Source of the DNA: an uncultured Gammaproteobacteria bacterium | GTDB taxonomy: Bacteria; Pseudomonadota; Gammaproteobacteria; JACCXJ01 | DNA length: 64,000 nucleotides | NCBI GenBank assembly: GCA_963764725.1 | Contig: CAVXTM010000016.1 | Coordinates: forward strand, 1 to 64,000 | Direction: 5' to 3' | In this document: positions 20,797-30,650 of the stretch, piece by piece | How positions within the stretch are numbered: the first letter of the stretch is position 1 | Layout: the number at the start of each line of letters is the position of its first letter | Made by a program: the position numbers and the translations under genes | Notes under the pieces: model-generated | Databases searched by the model: none | Seen by the model: the letters and a program-made list of their open reading frames with translations, nothing else | Told to the model about the DNA's origin: nothing

Positions 20797-21837
20797 TCAC
20801 ACCGAAGGCACTTGTTGCGTAAGGCAGTGAAAAGCGCCCAATCCCCAAACGAGATCGGTGCAATCGATACCGATGATCTCACGCCCGGGGAAGCAGGATT
20901 GAATAATGTCCCTCGCTGCGGCATCCATCGGATCGTTAAAAAACGGCATTAGCACCACCCGGTTGGCGATGTAAAAGTTCGCATAGCTGGCCGGCAAACG
21001 CGTGCCGTCATAAAAAACCGGGGCAGGCATCGGTAAGGTTTTGATGATCAGCGGCCGGCCGTCGATGCCCGTCATCGTTCTCAGCCGCGCTAGGTTATCC
21101 TCAAGCGGAGCGAAGTTATCGTCATCCGGATCTTCTTCGACGACCGTGACGGCCGTATCGGCGGATACGAAGCGTGTGAGATCATCCACGTGACCATCGG
21201 TATCATCGCCGAGGATGCCCTCGCCCAACCACAATACCTTTTCGATGCCCAGAAACACGCGCAGTCGCCACTCGATCTCGGCGCGATTTAGATGTGGATT
21301 GCGATTGGGGTTAAGCAGGCATTGCTCGGTAGTCAGCGCCAGTCCTGTGCCGTTCACGTCGATCGAACCTCCCTCCAAGATACAATCGGCTTTATAGCAA
21401 GGGACGGCGAGTGCCTCGGCCATCCGTGCTGGAATGGCGTTGTCCAGATCGTAAGGCGGATATTTTTCTCCCCAGGCATTGTATTCGAAGTCAATCGCGG
21501 CAAGCTTGTTGCCGCCTGGACGGGTCACGAACACCGCGCCGTAGTCGCGGCACCAGGCATCGTTGGTAGGAAAGCGATGAATTTCTATGGTGCCTGAGAT
21601 CCCCGCGCACAGTGAGCGCACGTGCCGTTCTTGGGATGCGTCGAGCACGTTGATGCGCACCGTTTCGCTGCGCGCGAGCGCCTTCACCATCTTGACGATG
21701 ATGGGCTCGATGGCCGCGAATTTTCCCGGCCAACTCTCGCGCTTATGCGGCCACGACATCCAAGTGGCTTGGTGGGGTGCCCATTCCGCGGGCATGCGAT
21801 AGCCTCGTGCGGACGGTGACGCGTCTGGGACCGACAT
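20797..21837 (-). CDS. Agmatine deiminase family protein
   Basis: RMPAEW, DAWCRDYG, LEGGSIDVNG, DDTDGHVD, GAFHCLTQQ. Confidence 0.93.
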   Translation of the reverse strand: MSVPDASPSARGYRMPAEWAPHQATWMSWPHKRESWPGKFAAIEPIIVKMVKALARSETVRINVLDASQERHVRSLCAGISGTIEIHRFPTNDAWCRDYGAVFVTRPGGNKLAAIDFEYNAWGEKYPPYDLDNAIPARMAEALAVPCYKADCILEGGSIDVNGTGLALTTEQCLLNPNRNPHLNRAEIEWRLRVFLGIEKVLWLGEGILGDDTDGHVDDLTRFVSADTAVTVVEEDPDDDNFAPLEDNLARLRTMTGIDGRPLIIKTLPMPAPVFYDGTRLPASYANFYIANRVVLMPFFNDPMDAAARDIIQSCFPGREIIGIDCTDLVWGLGAFHCLTQQVPSV

Positions 21838-21960
21838 CGTATTTAATGGAAGTTGTTACCCGTTTCGCAAGCCGACGTCCGGTCCCTCATGTTCCTTGGA
21901 CACGCGCTTGAAATGCCGGTGCATAATAGCAATGCGAGGCAGCGAAGAAAACTCGGTGGA

Positions 21961-22206
21961 ATGGGAAAGCTTAGGGTGAAAGCGTTAGTGCTCGTAGCAG
22001 TAAACGATATCATATTCCGCGTGATCTCGGATGCCGGGCAGCATGTAGGCAACTTGAAGAAAATCCGGGGCGTATGGAAGTTCAAGGCCATCGGATACGA
22101 CAGCAATGGTCTTGTGATCCCGGGCGGCGGGCCACTCACGGACCGGCATAATGCGGTGTTCGACAGTCCGGACCCGAATCTCCTTACCTCGCGACTGCTG
22201 CGGTGA
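21961..22206 (+). CDS. Small hypothetical protein
   Basis: Protein-like ORF (GQHVGNLKKIRGVWKFKAIGY...PGGGPLT) filling the gap before moaA; start uncertain. Confidence 0.6.
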   Translation: MGKLRVKALVLVAVNDIIFRVISDAGQHVGNLKKIRGVWKFKAIGYDSNGLVIPGGGPLTDRHNAVFDSPDPNLLTSRLLR

Positions 22207-22279
22207 TCGTCTGACTGACCCTACTTCCGAGACCGCCAGCAAGCTTGAGTGGCAACAAAGTTGAGTATACTAGTCAACG

Positions 22280-23329
22280 ATGTCTACCATCCTCCAATCT
22301 GTCCGCGGAACGCATGACGGCGTTTCGATCAGGGATGCCTTGCATCGGCCGCTGCGGGATCTGCGGATCTCGGTCACCGACCGTTGCAACTTCCGTTGCC
22401 CGTACTGCATGCCCAAGGAGGTGTTTGGGCGGGATTGGGCGTTCTTACCGCGGGCGGAGCTATTGAACTTTGAAGAAATCGCCCGTCTGGCGCGGGTCTT
22501 TGTTGCCCTTGGGATCGAGAAGATCCGGATCACGGGAGGCGAGCCCCTATTACGCCGCGATCTGCCGAAGCTCATCGCGCGGATTGCGCGTATCGAGGGT
22601 GCCCACGACCTGACACTCACAACAAATGGCGTGTTGTTGTCGCGCATGGCGGACGACTTGAAGCAGGCGGGGTTGCAGCGATTGACCGTGAGCCTAGACG
22701 CCATCGATGAAACCGTCTTTCGGGCAATGAGCGATGTCAACATCTCAGCGGCCCAGGTACTGGACGGAATCGGCGCCGCGGTCGCGGCCGGTTTGCATCC
22801 GATCAAGGTCAACATGGTGGTTAGACGCGGGATGAATGACCATTGCATCGGCGCTATGGCCGGGCACTTCCGCCATACGGGCCATATCCTGCGGTTTATC
22901 GAATACATGGATGTCGGCGATAGCAACGGCTGGCGCATGCAGGACGTAGTCCCGGCCCGCGAGATCATCGGCGCCATTGAAAAGGAGTGGCCCCTTGAAC
23001 CCCTTGAGCGGAACTACCCGGGCGAAGTAGCCGTCCGCTATCGCTATCGTGACGGGGGAGGGGAGATCGGGATGATTGCTTCGGTAACCCAGCCGTTCTG
23101 CCGGGGATGCACGCGCAGCCGGATCACGGCGGACGGAACGTTCTACACGTGCTTATTCGCCACGCGCGGGTACGATCTCCGTCAACTATTGCGCCAGGGC
23201 GCGAACGACGGCGAGATCAGTGCGTTTATTTCTTCCGTGTGGCGGGGACGCAGCGACCGCTATTCCGAGATCCGGCACGGCGCCGGCATCGGCTTACCTA
23301 AGGTCGAGATGTCGCGAGTCGGCGGATAA
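22280..23329 (+). CDS. moaA: GTP 3',8-cyclase MoaA
   Basis: LRISVTDRCNFRCPYC, FCRGCTRSR...C, C-terminal GG. Confidence 0.97.
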   Translation: MSTILQSVRGTHDGVSIRDALHRPLRDLRISVTDRCNFRCPYCMPKEVFGRDWAFLPRAELLNFEEIARLARVFVALGIEKIRITGGEPLLRRDLPKLIARIARIEGAHDLTLTTNGVLLSRMADDLKQAGLQRLTVSLDAIDETVFRAMSDVNISAAQVLDGIGAAVAAGLHPIKVNMVVRRGMNDHCIGAMAGHFRHTGHILRFIEYMDVGDSNGWRMQDVVPAREIIGAIEKEWPLEPLERNYPGEVAVRYRYRDGGGEIGMIASVTQPFCRGCTRSRITADGTFYTCLFATRGYDLRQLLRQGANDGEISAFISSVWRGRSDRYSEIRHGAGIGLPKVEMSRVGG

Positions 23330-23349
23330 TTAGGAGCAAGCTGAAAAAA

Positions 23350-23734
23350 GGCTGCCTGCGGGGCTGCCATGCCACGCGCGAGCGCAAGCGTGCCATCGGC
23401 GCGTTGCAAGAGGCGGCTGCCCGGGTTCGGCACGAGAAGATTGCTTAACATCGCGCGGATGCAGATGAGCCTGGAGAACTGGGCGGACGCCGCGAAATCG
23501 TTTGCGACCGCGCTCGATAAAGGCGGGCTCAAGGAGCTCGATGAGACCCAGTTCCTGTTCGGCATTGCTTGCTACCACGAAGGCGATAAAAAGTGCGCGG
23601 CCTCGGCGTTGCAAGTGGCGAGCAAGAGCCGGCGATTCCGCAAGCAGGCGCAACGCTGGCTGGAGCGCATTATTGGGGAAGATAGCAAACTTACCTCCGC
23701 CAAGCCCAAGGAGGCACGCGCACTAACCAACTGA
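23350..23734 (+). pseudogene. 3' remnant of a TPR-repeat protein
   Basis: TPR-like helices (ALDKGGLK...LFGIACYH...AQRWL) in one frame and ERKRAIGALQEAA in another frame just upstream; no N-terminus. Confidence 0.55.
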
Positions 23735-23931
23735 ACGCATGCGTGAGGTTCAGATTGCATCGCGAGCTACGCGCGTTGTGCTATTCGGCTTCTTCAGACG
23801 CACCCTGCGGATGGGCAAGGAGTCGCTGCGCGCAGCAAACGTGCGGCAAAAGTGGCGGCCGGTGTACCGGACAAGACCGCGGGAAATAAATTTAATCCCT
23901 GAAGTGCTATGCTACGGGTGAAGGTGTTCCC

Positions 23932-24429
23932 ATGCGCGCTCCCACACTCGATATCCTGGTAAAGCTCATGAAACCCACGGGACGCGCATGGCTCCTCATG
24001 GCGGCAGCCGTGAGTTTTTTTGTTGCCATTCTCCACGTTGTCATTGTCTTGATCGGTCCCCCGGCGTATAGCTTTTTCGGTGGCCAACGACTCGCCCGGC
24101 TCGCCGCGAGCGGTTCCTCTTCCCCGGTGATCCAAACCCTTTCGTTGGCTGCCGTGCATGCTCTCTTCGGCAGCTATGCGCTCGCGGGAGCAGGCATAAT
24201 CCGCCGCTTGCCCTTGCTTACCGTTGCCCTATTTGCGATCGGCGGTATGTATGCATTCCGCGGGTTGAGCTTCATCGAACAGGCGCTGCAACTTCTTCGA
24301 GATCCTGACTCACTCCCGTTTCGCGTCCTCTTCTATTCCCTCGTGTCCTTCGTTACCGGTTGCGCCTATATCGTGGGAAGCGTAAAGAGATGGGGGTGGC
24401 TTCGAGGCGAGGGAGAGATCGAAGCATGA
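23932..24429 (+). CDS. Hypothetical membrane protein (4 TM)
   Basis: Hydrophobic segments; LHVVIVLIGPPAYSFFGG, YALAGAG..RRLP motif. Confidence 0.75.
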   Translation: MRAPTLDILVKLMKPTGRAWLLMAAAVSFFVAILHVVIVLIGPPAYSFFGGQRLARLAASGSSSPVIQTLSLAAVHALFGSYALAGAGIIRRLPLLTVALFAIGGMYAFRGLSFIEQALQLLRDPDSLPFRVLFYSLVSFVTGCAYIVGSVKRWGWLRGEGEIEA

Positions 24430-24534
24430 GGGGCGCTATGCTCTGATTGGCGCGCCGCCCAGTGCTGAAGCGCATACACGATCGGTCCACGCAGCAACCC
24501 TGTCTATTACCTGTTTTGAATAAGGAGCAAAACG

Positions 24535-25056
24535 ATGAAAATGCGAAGCTATCTTGGCGTTCTTACTCTCTTGGCGAGCCAACTTCTTCGGGCTGAGGTG
24601 CTGACTGTCGAGCTACACAACATCAACGACCGCGGTGTGGGGACAGTCCTCGGGTACCTGACGTTTTCGGAGCGATTGGGGGGGCTCCTGATACAACACG
24701 AGCTTGCCGGGTTGCCCCCCGGGCCTCATGGCTTTCATCTCCATGAAAATCCGAGCTGTGATGCGGGCGAGAAAGACGGCTCCGTGCAGCCCGGGTGGTC
24801 GGCCGGAAACCATTACGACCCGGCCAAGAGCGGCCGTCATGAGGGTCCGCAAGGTGCGGGGCATTTAGGCGACTTACCGATCCTCAACGTGGACGAGGCG
24901 GGGCGGGCAATCGGCGCGCTCACCGCCCCGCGGCTGAAGATGAGCGATCTCAAGGGGCGGGCAGTGATCATCCATGCGGGATCGGACACCTATTCCGATC
25001 AGCCGGAGAAGGGCGGCGGCGGAGGTGCGCGCATAGCCTGCGGCGTTATCCAGTAG
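24535..25056 (+). CDS. sodC: Periplasmic Cu/Zn superoxide dismutase
   Basis: HGFHLHENPSC, GHLGDLP, IIHAGSD, GGGARIACGVI; AAGGAG RBS. Confidence 0.96.
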   Translation: MKMRSYLGVLTLLASQLLRAEVLTVELHNINDRGVGTVLGYLTFSERLGGLLIQHELAGLPPGPHGFHLHENPSCDAGEKDGSVQPGWSAGNHYDPAKSGRHEGPQGAGHLGDLPILNVDEAGRAIGALTAPRLKMSDLKGRAVIIHAGSDTYSDQPEKGGGGGARIACGVIQ

Positions 25057-25356
25057 ACGTGCTGAGGTGTCGGAAGCGCAAAAACACGCGTGGTGAGCCA
25101 CATAATCTGTGTAACAACCCAGCATCTCAGGCGAGATATTCCGGCCGGCTGCCGGACAACGACTGTCGTTTCCGGCCGGTAACCGTATTCGAGCGAAACC
25201 TTGAACTCAAGTGTACCGAAAGGGTAGGGCGGTACCGATCACAGCGAGCACCGTTGCACCCCGGCATTTTTCACAGCACCGTGTTGCTGGCTATAATAAT
25301 CATCATCACGGTTTGGAACGTCTATCGAATCTCGCCAGAATCGAGGGGGAATCGTT

Positions 25357-25929
25357 GTGTACAAAGCACTCTTAGGTTTCGCTTGTGTGCTGTTGAGCGC
25401 CACCGTGGCGGGAGCGCAAACTGTCTATATCAGCGACGATGTAGGCGTTTATCTGCACCGTGGGCCCAGCAATCAGTTTAAGCTTGTTGGAACCGTACCC
25501 GCCGGGTCGCGCGTGACCTTGGTCGATCGGAACGAGACGACGGGTTACGTAAAGATCGTGGATGGGGAGGGAAAATCGGGCTGGCTGGAGAATCGTTTCG
25601 TCAGCACTGAGATCAGCCGGCGCGAGCGTCTGGCAAGTGTGGAACGCGAGCTGGAACAACTCAAGGAACAATTTAAGGGCTCCGGATCGAAGCTCGCGGC
25701 TTATCAATCGGAATTGACCCAGTTGAAACACCAGAATCAAACCCTCGATCATGAGGCCAAGCTACGGAGCAGCGAGGTTATGCGCCTCCAGAACGAGTTG
25801 GCCGGAAAGGACCAACAAAATCAGATCAAATGGTTTCAGATCGGCGCGGTGGTGCTTGCGGCGGGTATTGTGCTGGGATTGCTGGCGCCGCACTTGACGA
25901 AACGGCGCCGCCGTAATGACGGCTGGTAG
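25357..25929 (+). CDS. SH3-domain protein (TIGR04211/YgiM-like)
   Basis: Signal peptide, YISDD...GPSNQF SH3b, coiled coil, TM plus RRRRNDGW tail. Confidence 0.88.
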   Translation: MYKALLGFACVLLSATVAGAQTVYISDDVGVYLHRGPSNQFKLVGTVPAGSRVTLVDRNETTGYVKIVDGEGKSGWLENRFVSTEISRRERLASVERELEQLKEQFKGSGSKLAAYQSELTQLKHQNQTLDHEAKLRSSEVMRLQNELAGKDQQNQIKWFQIGAVVLAAGIVLGLLAPHLTKRRRRNDGW

Positions 25930-26044
25930 ATTGCTTGAGCGCGATGCGGATAAGAGCCTCGCTCGGAAGCCTCCCCCCGCAGGCCATGGAATTGGAATCG
26001 ATTTAGATTTCGCAACCACGGCGTATGCAACCCCGTGGGGCGAC

Positions 26045-26086
26045 CAAAGGGGAGAGCTGCGCCTCTCCCCTTTGTGGAAACTCCAC
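26045..26086. terminator. Strong hairpin between convergent genes (possible bidirectional terminator)
   Basis: CAAAGGGGAGAG-CTGCGC-CTCTCCCCTTTG perfect 12-bp stem, followed by GTGGA-AAC-TCCAC. Confidence 0.5.
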
Positions 26087-26126
26087 ATCGCTAACGGTCC
26101 CCGCGGCAACACCGCGTAGAATAGAT

Positions 26127-26897
26127 TTAACGTGTGATCACAGCGACCACCGGAGCGTCTCGAAGCATGGATGCAAGCACGACCCGATCAAAGCGCCGCG
26201 TCAGCGCCAGGGCCCATTTAGCGACCTGACGGGCGAGCGCTTCTTGCTCGGGCTCGTCAACCATATTGATGAGGGGGACGACCGCGGCCTTGCCGATCCC
26301 TTTAAGCGCGCCTTGCTCATCGGTGAGGAGGCGCGCCACATGCTCCGGGGTGATGGTCTCACCGGGTTCGACTCCGGTCACCGCACTGATGCGATCGGCG
26401 CGATGTGCGATCGAGTCGCTAAGGCGTTCGCCTATGGCGTGGGCGGAAACTATCGGCACTACCGTGGAGGCATTCTCGGGAAGTTGCGGCTCATCGGGCG
26501 CTGGAGCTTTGATCAACCTGGAACGCGCACCGTCGGCTTTAACCAGGGTCACGTCGAAGGCGCCCGCTTCATGAATATGCGGCACCTCATTCGGCGCCAG
26601 CCCGCGTAGACGCCCGGGTTTGATGGAGGGTTGCGCCAGCGCCACGGTACGATGCATTCCCGTATGCCTCACCGCCTCGAGGAGCGTGCTGTATTCGGCG
26701 ACGATCCTATGCGCGTTCAAAGCCTCCGGAAACGGCGGAATGTGCACCGTGGCGGTCACGGCGACACGGCCCGGGCACACCGCCGCAAGGCGGTAGAGCG
26801 TGCTTTTTTTTCCGCCTGCCCCCACAAAACAAATGATGCCGCCTTGAATGGCGAGGGCATCGACGAGCGAGATGCGAACGTCCGTCCAACTAAGCAT
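26127..26897 (-). CDS. yqeC: Selenium-dependent molybdenum hydroxylase accessory protein YqeC
   Basis: CFVGAGGKKST, TATVHI, VKADGARSRLIKAPAPDEP, LINMVD. Confidence 0.85.
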   Translation of the reverse strand: MLSWTDVRISLVDALAIQGGIICFVGAGGKKSTLYRLAAVCPGRVAVTATVHIPPFPEALNAHRIVAEYSTLLEAVRHTGMHRTVALAQPSIKPGRLRGLAPNEVPHIHEAGAFDVTLVKADGARSRLIKAPAPDEPQLPENASTVVPIVSAHAIGERLSDSIAHRADRISAVTGVEPGETITPEHVARLLTDEQGALKGIGKAAVVPLINMVDEPEQEALARQVAKWALALTRRFDRVVLASMLRDAPVVAVITR

Positions 26898-27990
26898 TAA
26901 TGTTTACCTGGACGGAGAGGATGCGTGGCAAATAGCTCGTGATCAGGGTCCAGTGATCGCCCGCATCCCGGCTCGCGAACAGATGTCCGCTGGAGGTCCC
27001 GAAATAAACTCCACCGGGATCAAGACCATCGGTGGCCAAAGCTTCTCGCAGCACGGTGACATAAACATGTTCCTGGGGCAAGCCGTGTGTCAGGGCCTGC
27101 CAACTGGTACCGGCATCGCGGCTGCGATAAACGCGCAGATTGGCGCCGGCGGTGGTACGGACATGCTGATTGTCCTCGGGGATCACATAGACCATGTCGG
27201 GATGTTCCGGGGCGGCCGCGATGGCATAGCCAAAATCGCTCGGTAGACCTGCAGTTATTTCAATCCAGGTCGCGCCGCGATCATCGCTCCGATAGGTGCC
27301 GTTATAGCATTGGCGGTAGAGGCGGCCGGGTAGAGTAGGGTGCGCGACTAAACGGTGAATGTTATGGCCGGTCTCCGGATGCGGGCGTGGGATGTTCTTC
27401 GCGCGCACGCCGCGGTTGATCGGGATCCAAGTGATCCCCTTGTCATCGGATCGAAACGCGCCGCCGGCGGAGACCGCGGCATAGACGCAATTCGAGTCAC
27501 TCGGATCGCTGTAAATGGAGTGGACCGCAAAGCCGCCGCGGGCCGGTTCCCACGTGTGACGTGTCGGATGCCGGTTTAGCCCCATTACCGGGGCCCAGCT
27601 TTCACCGCCATCGGCGCTTGCAAATAAACCGGGCGGATCGATCCCGGCATACAGGTGCCCGGGATCTTCGCGATCAGCGGCCGCGACAAACCAAACCGCA
27701 TCGAGGCTTGAACGGAATTCACCCGGGCTATGGCAAGGAACGGCCGGCAACGGGCACCAACTGCGGCCGCCGTCGGTGCTGCGATAGACATGGGCGCCCC
27801 AGACAGGATGGTTTGCCGCCGCGTAACCGAGACGCGGGGCTCTCGGGTGCAGCCAGGCATGCGTGACTTCGTAGCCGACGATGTGAGGCCCATCCATTTC
27901 CCACTGTGCCCGGCGATGATCGGAGCGCATACAAAACAAACCCTTTTGTGTGCCCACCAAGAGTGTGGTGCGGAAATTTCCCGGTCGCAT
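26890..27990 (-). CDS. BNR/Asp-box beta-propeller (sialidase-like) protein
   Basis: LLVGTQKGLF N-terminus; repeated S-x-D-x-G-x-x-W boxes. Confidence 0.85.
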   Translation of the reverse strand: MRPGNFRTTLLVGTQKGLFCMRSDHRRAQWEMDGPHIVGYEVTHAWLHPRAPRLGYAAANHPVWGAHVYRSTDGGRSWCPLPAVPCHSPGEFRSSLDAVWFVAAADREDPGHLYAGIDPPGLFASADGGESWAPVMGLNRHPTRHTWEPARGGFAVHSIYSDPSDSNCVYAAVSAGGAFRSDDKGITWIPINRGVRAKNIPRPHPETGHNIHRLVAHPTLPGRLYRQCYNGTYRSDDRGATWIEITAGLPSDFGYAIAAAPEHPDMVYVIPEDNQHVRTTAGANLRVYRSRDAGTSWQALTHGLPQEHVYVTVLREALATDGLDPGGVYFGTSSGHLFASRDAGDHWTLITSYLPRILSVQVNINA

Positions 27991-28061
27991 TTTGCATGTT
28001 AACCCGGCTCGCGCTGGAGGAGGGGTCGATGGTCCCCGCGGCAAGACTGCGGTGCGTCTAT

Positions 28062-29432
28062 TTAGTGACCCTTTATTCCAACCTTAATGACGGTTTCCCT
28101 GTTACGCTCATCGAGCGTGTGCATCTCGACAGGCCGGCGCCAAACGCAATGGACATACTCGAGCACCTTGCGGGCATACTCGCTATCGAGTCCGCGTCCG
28201 TCCGCGATGGCGTCGTGCTTGAGATCCAAGGTGCCGTCTGTCTGTAATTGAGCCACTCCGATCCGCGGCGCTCCGAAATGATACCGCGGGGACAAGATTT
28301 GTTCGCGGATGGCGTTGATATCTGCCTCATTGACTTTGATCTCGCCGCAGCGTTTGGCGCTATAGCTGAACAGTCCTAGCTCCGCCGCCAGTTCCTCGTT
28401 TAGATAATTGTGCACGAAGCTAAAGTCATCTTCTTCCCGCATAATCCTGCGGGCTTTATCCAACCCGCGGTCCTCGACGAGGCGATCCCACAGAACGAAC
28501 CCGAGATGATAGGGATTGATCTGCAGCGCGATCTCGTGTTCTCCGGCGAAGGGACGAACGACGTCGGAATGGGCGCGGAGCGCGTCTAGGTAATGGTCGT
28601 TCGGCAGAAAACGCGCCTCCCTGAGCAAACGCGCATGCCAATAGGACGCCCATCCTTCGTTCATGATCTGACAGGAGAATACCGGGTAGAAATAGAACGA
28701 TTCCTCGCGCACGGCGAGAAAAATATCGCGTTCCCAGTCCTCCATCTCCGGGGCATAGTGCGCGATAAACCACAGTAGGTCATACTCGGGGTGAGGCGGA
28801 ACGGGAGCACGCACATGCTCGTGACCGCTGACCTTTCGTAGGACCTCGCCCGGCAGCGAGGTGAATCGCTTTCGGAATCCCTCGGCGGGAGGCGGATCCT
28901 CGACGGCGGCATTCGCCGGATACGGCGGCCGCGACAAGGTTTGATTGTCGTCGATATGCTGTTCCAGTGCGAGCGCCGCATCGAGCACCATTTCCACCCG
29001 CTTTTGGCCATGGGCCGAGGCAGCGTTTTCGATATGGAGCGCGTGCGCCGCGGCTTGCTCGACTACATGATACCCGGCTTGCTCTTGCGCACGCTGAAAC
29101 AGAAGATTGTTTTTTGAAAAATCCGCGTGTCCCAACACGTGCGCGATCACCAAGGCATTTTCCTGAATCGTATTGGTGTTCGCAAGGTAGGCGCGTCCCG
29201 GATTTCCCGGGAAGACCACCTCGAAAATCTTTGAATGTCCCATGCGATGCTGAACCAACTGATAGATGTACCGCACCCCGAAGGACCAGTGCGGCATGCG
29301 CACGGGAAATCCATAGACAGCGACCTCCATCATGAAGGTCGAGGGTACCACCTCAAACTCAACAGGATAAAAATCAAGCCCCTGATCGTGCGCGAGTTGC
29401 TCCAATGGGCCACAGTAGGGATTGCGCTTCAT
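28062..29432 (-). CDS. spoVR: SpoVR/YcgB family protein
   Basis: HWSFG, SKIFEVV, AHVLGHADF, QIMNEGWASYWH, INPYHLG. Confidence 0.9.
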   Translation of the reverse strand: MKRNPYCGPLEQLAHDQGLDFYPVEFEVVPSTFMMEVAVYGFPVRMPHWSFGVRYIYQLVQHRMGHSKIFEVVFPGNPGRAYLANTNTIQENALVIAHVLGHADFSKNNLLFQRAQEQAGYHVVEQAAAHALHIENAASAHGQKRVEMVLDAALALEQHIDDNQTLSRPPYPANAAVEDPPPAEGFRKRFTSLPGEVLRKVSGHEHVRAPVPPHPEYDLLWFIAHYAPEMEDWERDIFLAVREESFYFYPVFSCQIMNEGWASYWHARLLREARFLPNDHYLDALRAHSDVVRPFAGEHEIALQINPYHLGFVLWDRLVEDRGLDKARRIMREEDDFSFVHNYLNEELAAELGLFSYSAKRCGEIKVNEADINAIREQILSPRYHFGAPRIGVAQLQTDGTLDLKHDAIADGRGLDSEYARKVLEYVHCVWRRPVEMHTLDERNRETVIKVGIKGH

Positions 29433-29436
29433 GTTG

Positions 29437-30618
29437 CTAGGGAGCGTGCTGTGCTTGGTGGTTGAAGAATTTTTTTATGCCGGGCCAGATATCTTCCTGC
29501 CCCCCAACCACATAGCTCCCGACGCGTAGCCCCCGGTTTAGCAAACTCTGAAATAGGGCGCTCATCTGAGTGTCGAGGGCGTCCGACAAGGTCTGCGCAA
29601 TCTCGACATAGCCGACGAAATTCCCGGCCGCGGCTACTTTCTCCAAGGCAGCCTCTGATGGCTCGCGATCCTCGATAAAATTATCGCCGTCAGAGGCGTA
29701 GAATAGATACGTGTTGTAACGGCTCGGATGGAATCGTTTCTCCAGTATTTCCAGCGCCAAAGCGAAACCGCTCGAGGCCTGGGTCCCGCCCTGGGCGGTG
29801 ACTTTGAAGAACTCCTCCTCGGAGAACTCCCATGCGGTCGCGGTGTGGGCGATAAATACTGTACTTATATTCAAATATTGGCGCCTCAGACCCTGCAGAA
29901 CCCAGAAGAAGAAAGCCTTGGCGAGCTTGCGGTCAGCCTCCTCCATACTTGAGGAGGCGTCCAATAGAAAAAAGACAACGGCGTTCATTGCCGGCCTCTG
30001 GCGTTTCGCGAGTTGCCGAAAACGCAGATCCTCATTGGTGAAATCGGGCGCATCGTCTTGGACCGAGCGGCGTTTGATCGCCTCTTTCAAAGTGCGCCGC
30101 CGATCCAGACGCGAGCGGGCGCCGCGCCGATCCCAGCCTTCGCGTACGAGTTGCTCATCGACCAGCGTTTCCCCGGGCCGCGGCTCAAGGTTCGGAAGCT
30201 CGAGCTCCTCCCAGAGCCAATCAACGATATCGTCAACCTTGAATTCGAGCAGCAGCTGTACGCCGCCCGGTTCGTTCCCGGCTTGCCTATCGGCGCTGTC
30301 GAAGAGTCCACGCGCGGGCCGCAAGATGTCTCCGGGTTTCACCTTACCCGGTTGCCCTTGCCCAACGCCATCTTTTTGATCCGAGTCCTTCAGGCGGAAG
30401 CGGTAATGCTCTAAAAGCTTTACGGGCACCCGTAGCGTACGGTTATCGGGACGGGAGATCACATCGGAACCGGCAATCAGCTCAGGCAGGCGTTGCTTAA
30501 CGCTGTCGCGGATCTTTTCGTTATGCCGCAGCCAGTCGCGTGCGCCGCGTGAAAACAAATCGTACCACTCCGTGTCCTTGGATTGCCGGCCTCGATCGCG
30601 GTGCTGATTTCGGTTCAT
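29437..30618 (-). CDS. yeaH: YeaH/YhbH (DUF444) vWA-like protein
   Basis: ELELPNL, DLRFR, FFLLDASSSM, GGT..SS, YASDGDNF. Confidence 0.88.
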   Translation of the reverse strand: MNRNQHRDRGRQSKDTEWYDLFSRGARDWLRHNEKIRDSVKQRLPELIAGSDVISRPDNRTLRVPVKLLEHYRFRLKDSDQKDGVGQGQPGKVKPGDILRPARGLFDSADRQAGNEPGGVQLLLEFKVDDIVDWLWEELELPNLEPRPGETLVDEQLVREGWDRRGARSRLDRRRTLKEAIKRRSVQDDAPDFTNEDLRFRQLAKRQRPAMNAVVFFLLDASSSMEEADRKLAKAFFFWVLQGLRRQYLNISTVFIAHTATAWEFSEEEFFKVTAQGGTQASSGFALALEILEKRFHPSRYNTYLFYASDGDNFIEDREPSEAALEKVAAAGNFVGYVEIAQTLSDALDTQMSALFQSLLNRGLRVGSYVVGGQEDIWPGIKKFFNHQAQHAP

Positions 30619-30650
30619 CGGTATTGTAATCTTTGCTGCTTATTCCGCAT

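Noticed and set aside
22206-22280. Moco riboswitch upstream of moaA
   Set aside because: Region is only ~70 nt and I could not find the conserved Moco RNA elements.
25059-25481. 140-aa ORF between sodC and the SH3 gene
   Set aside because: No motifs or RBS; overlaps the SH3 gene out of frame.
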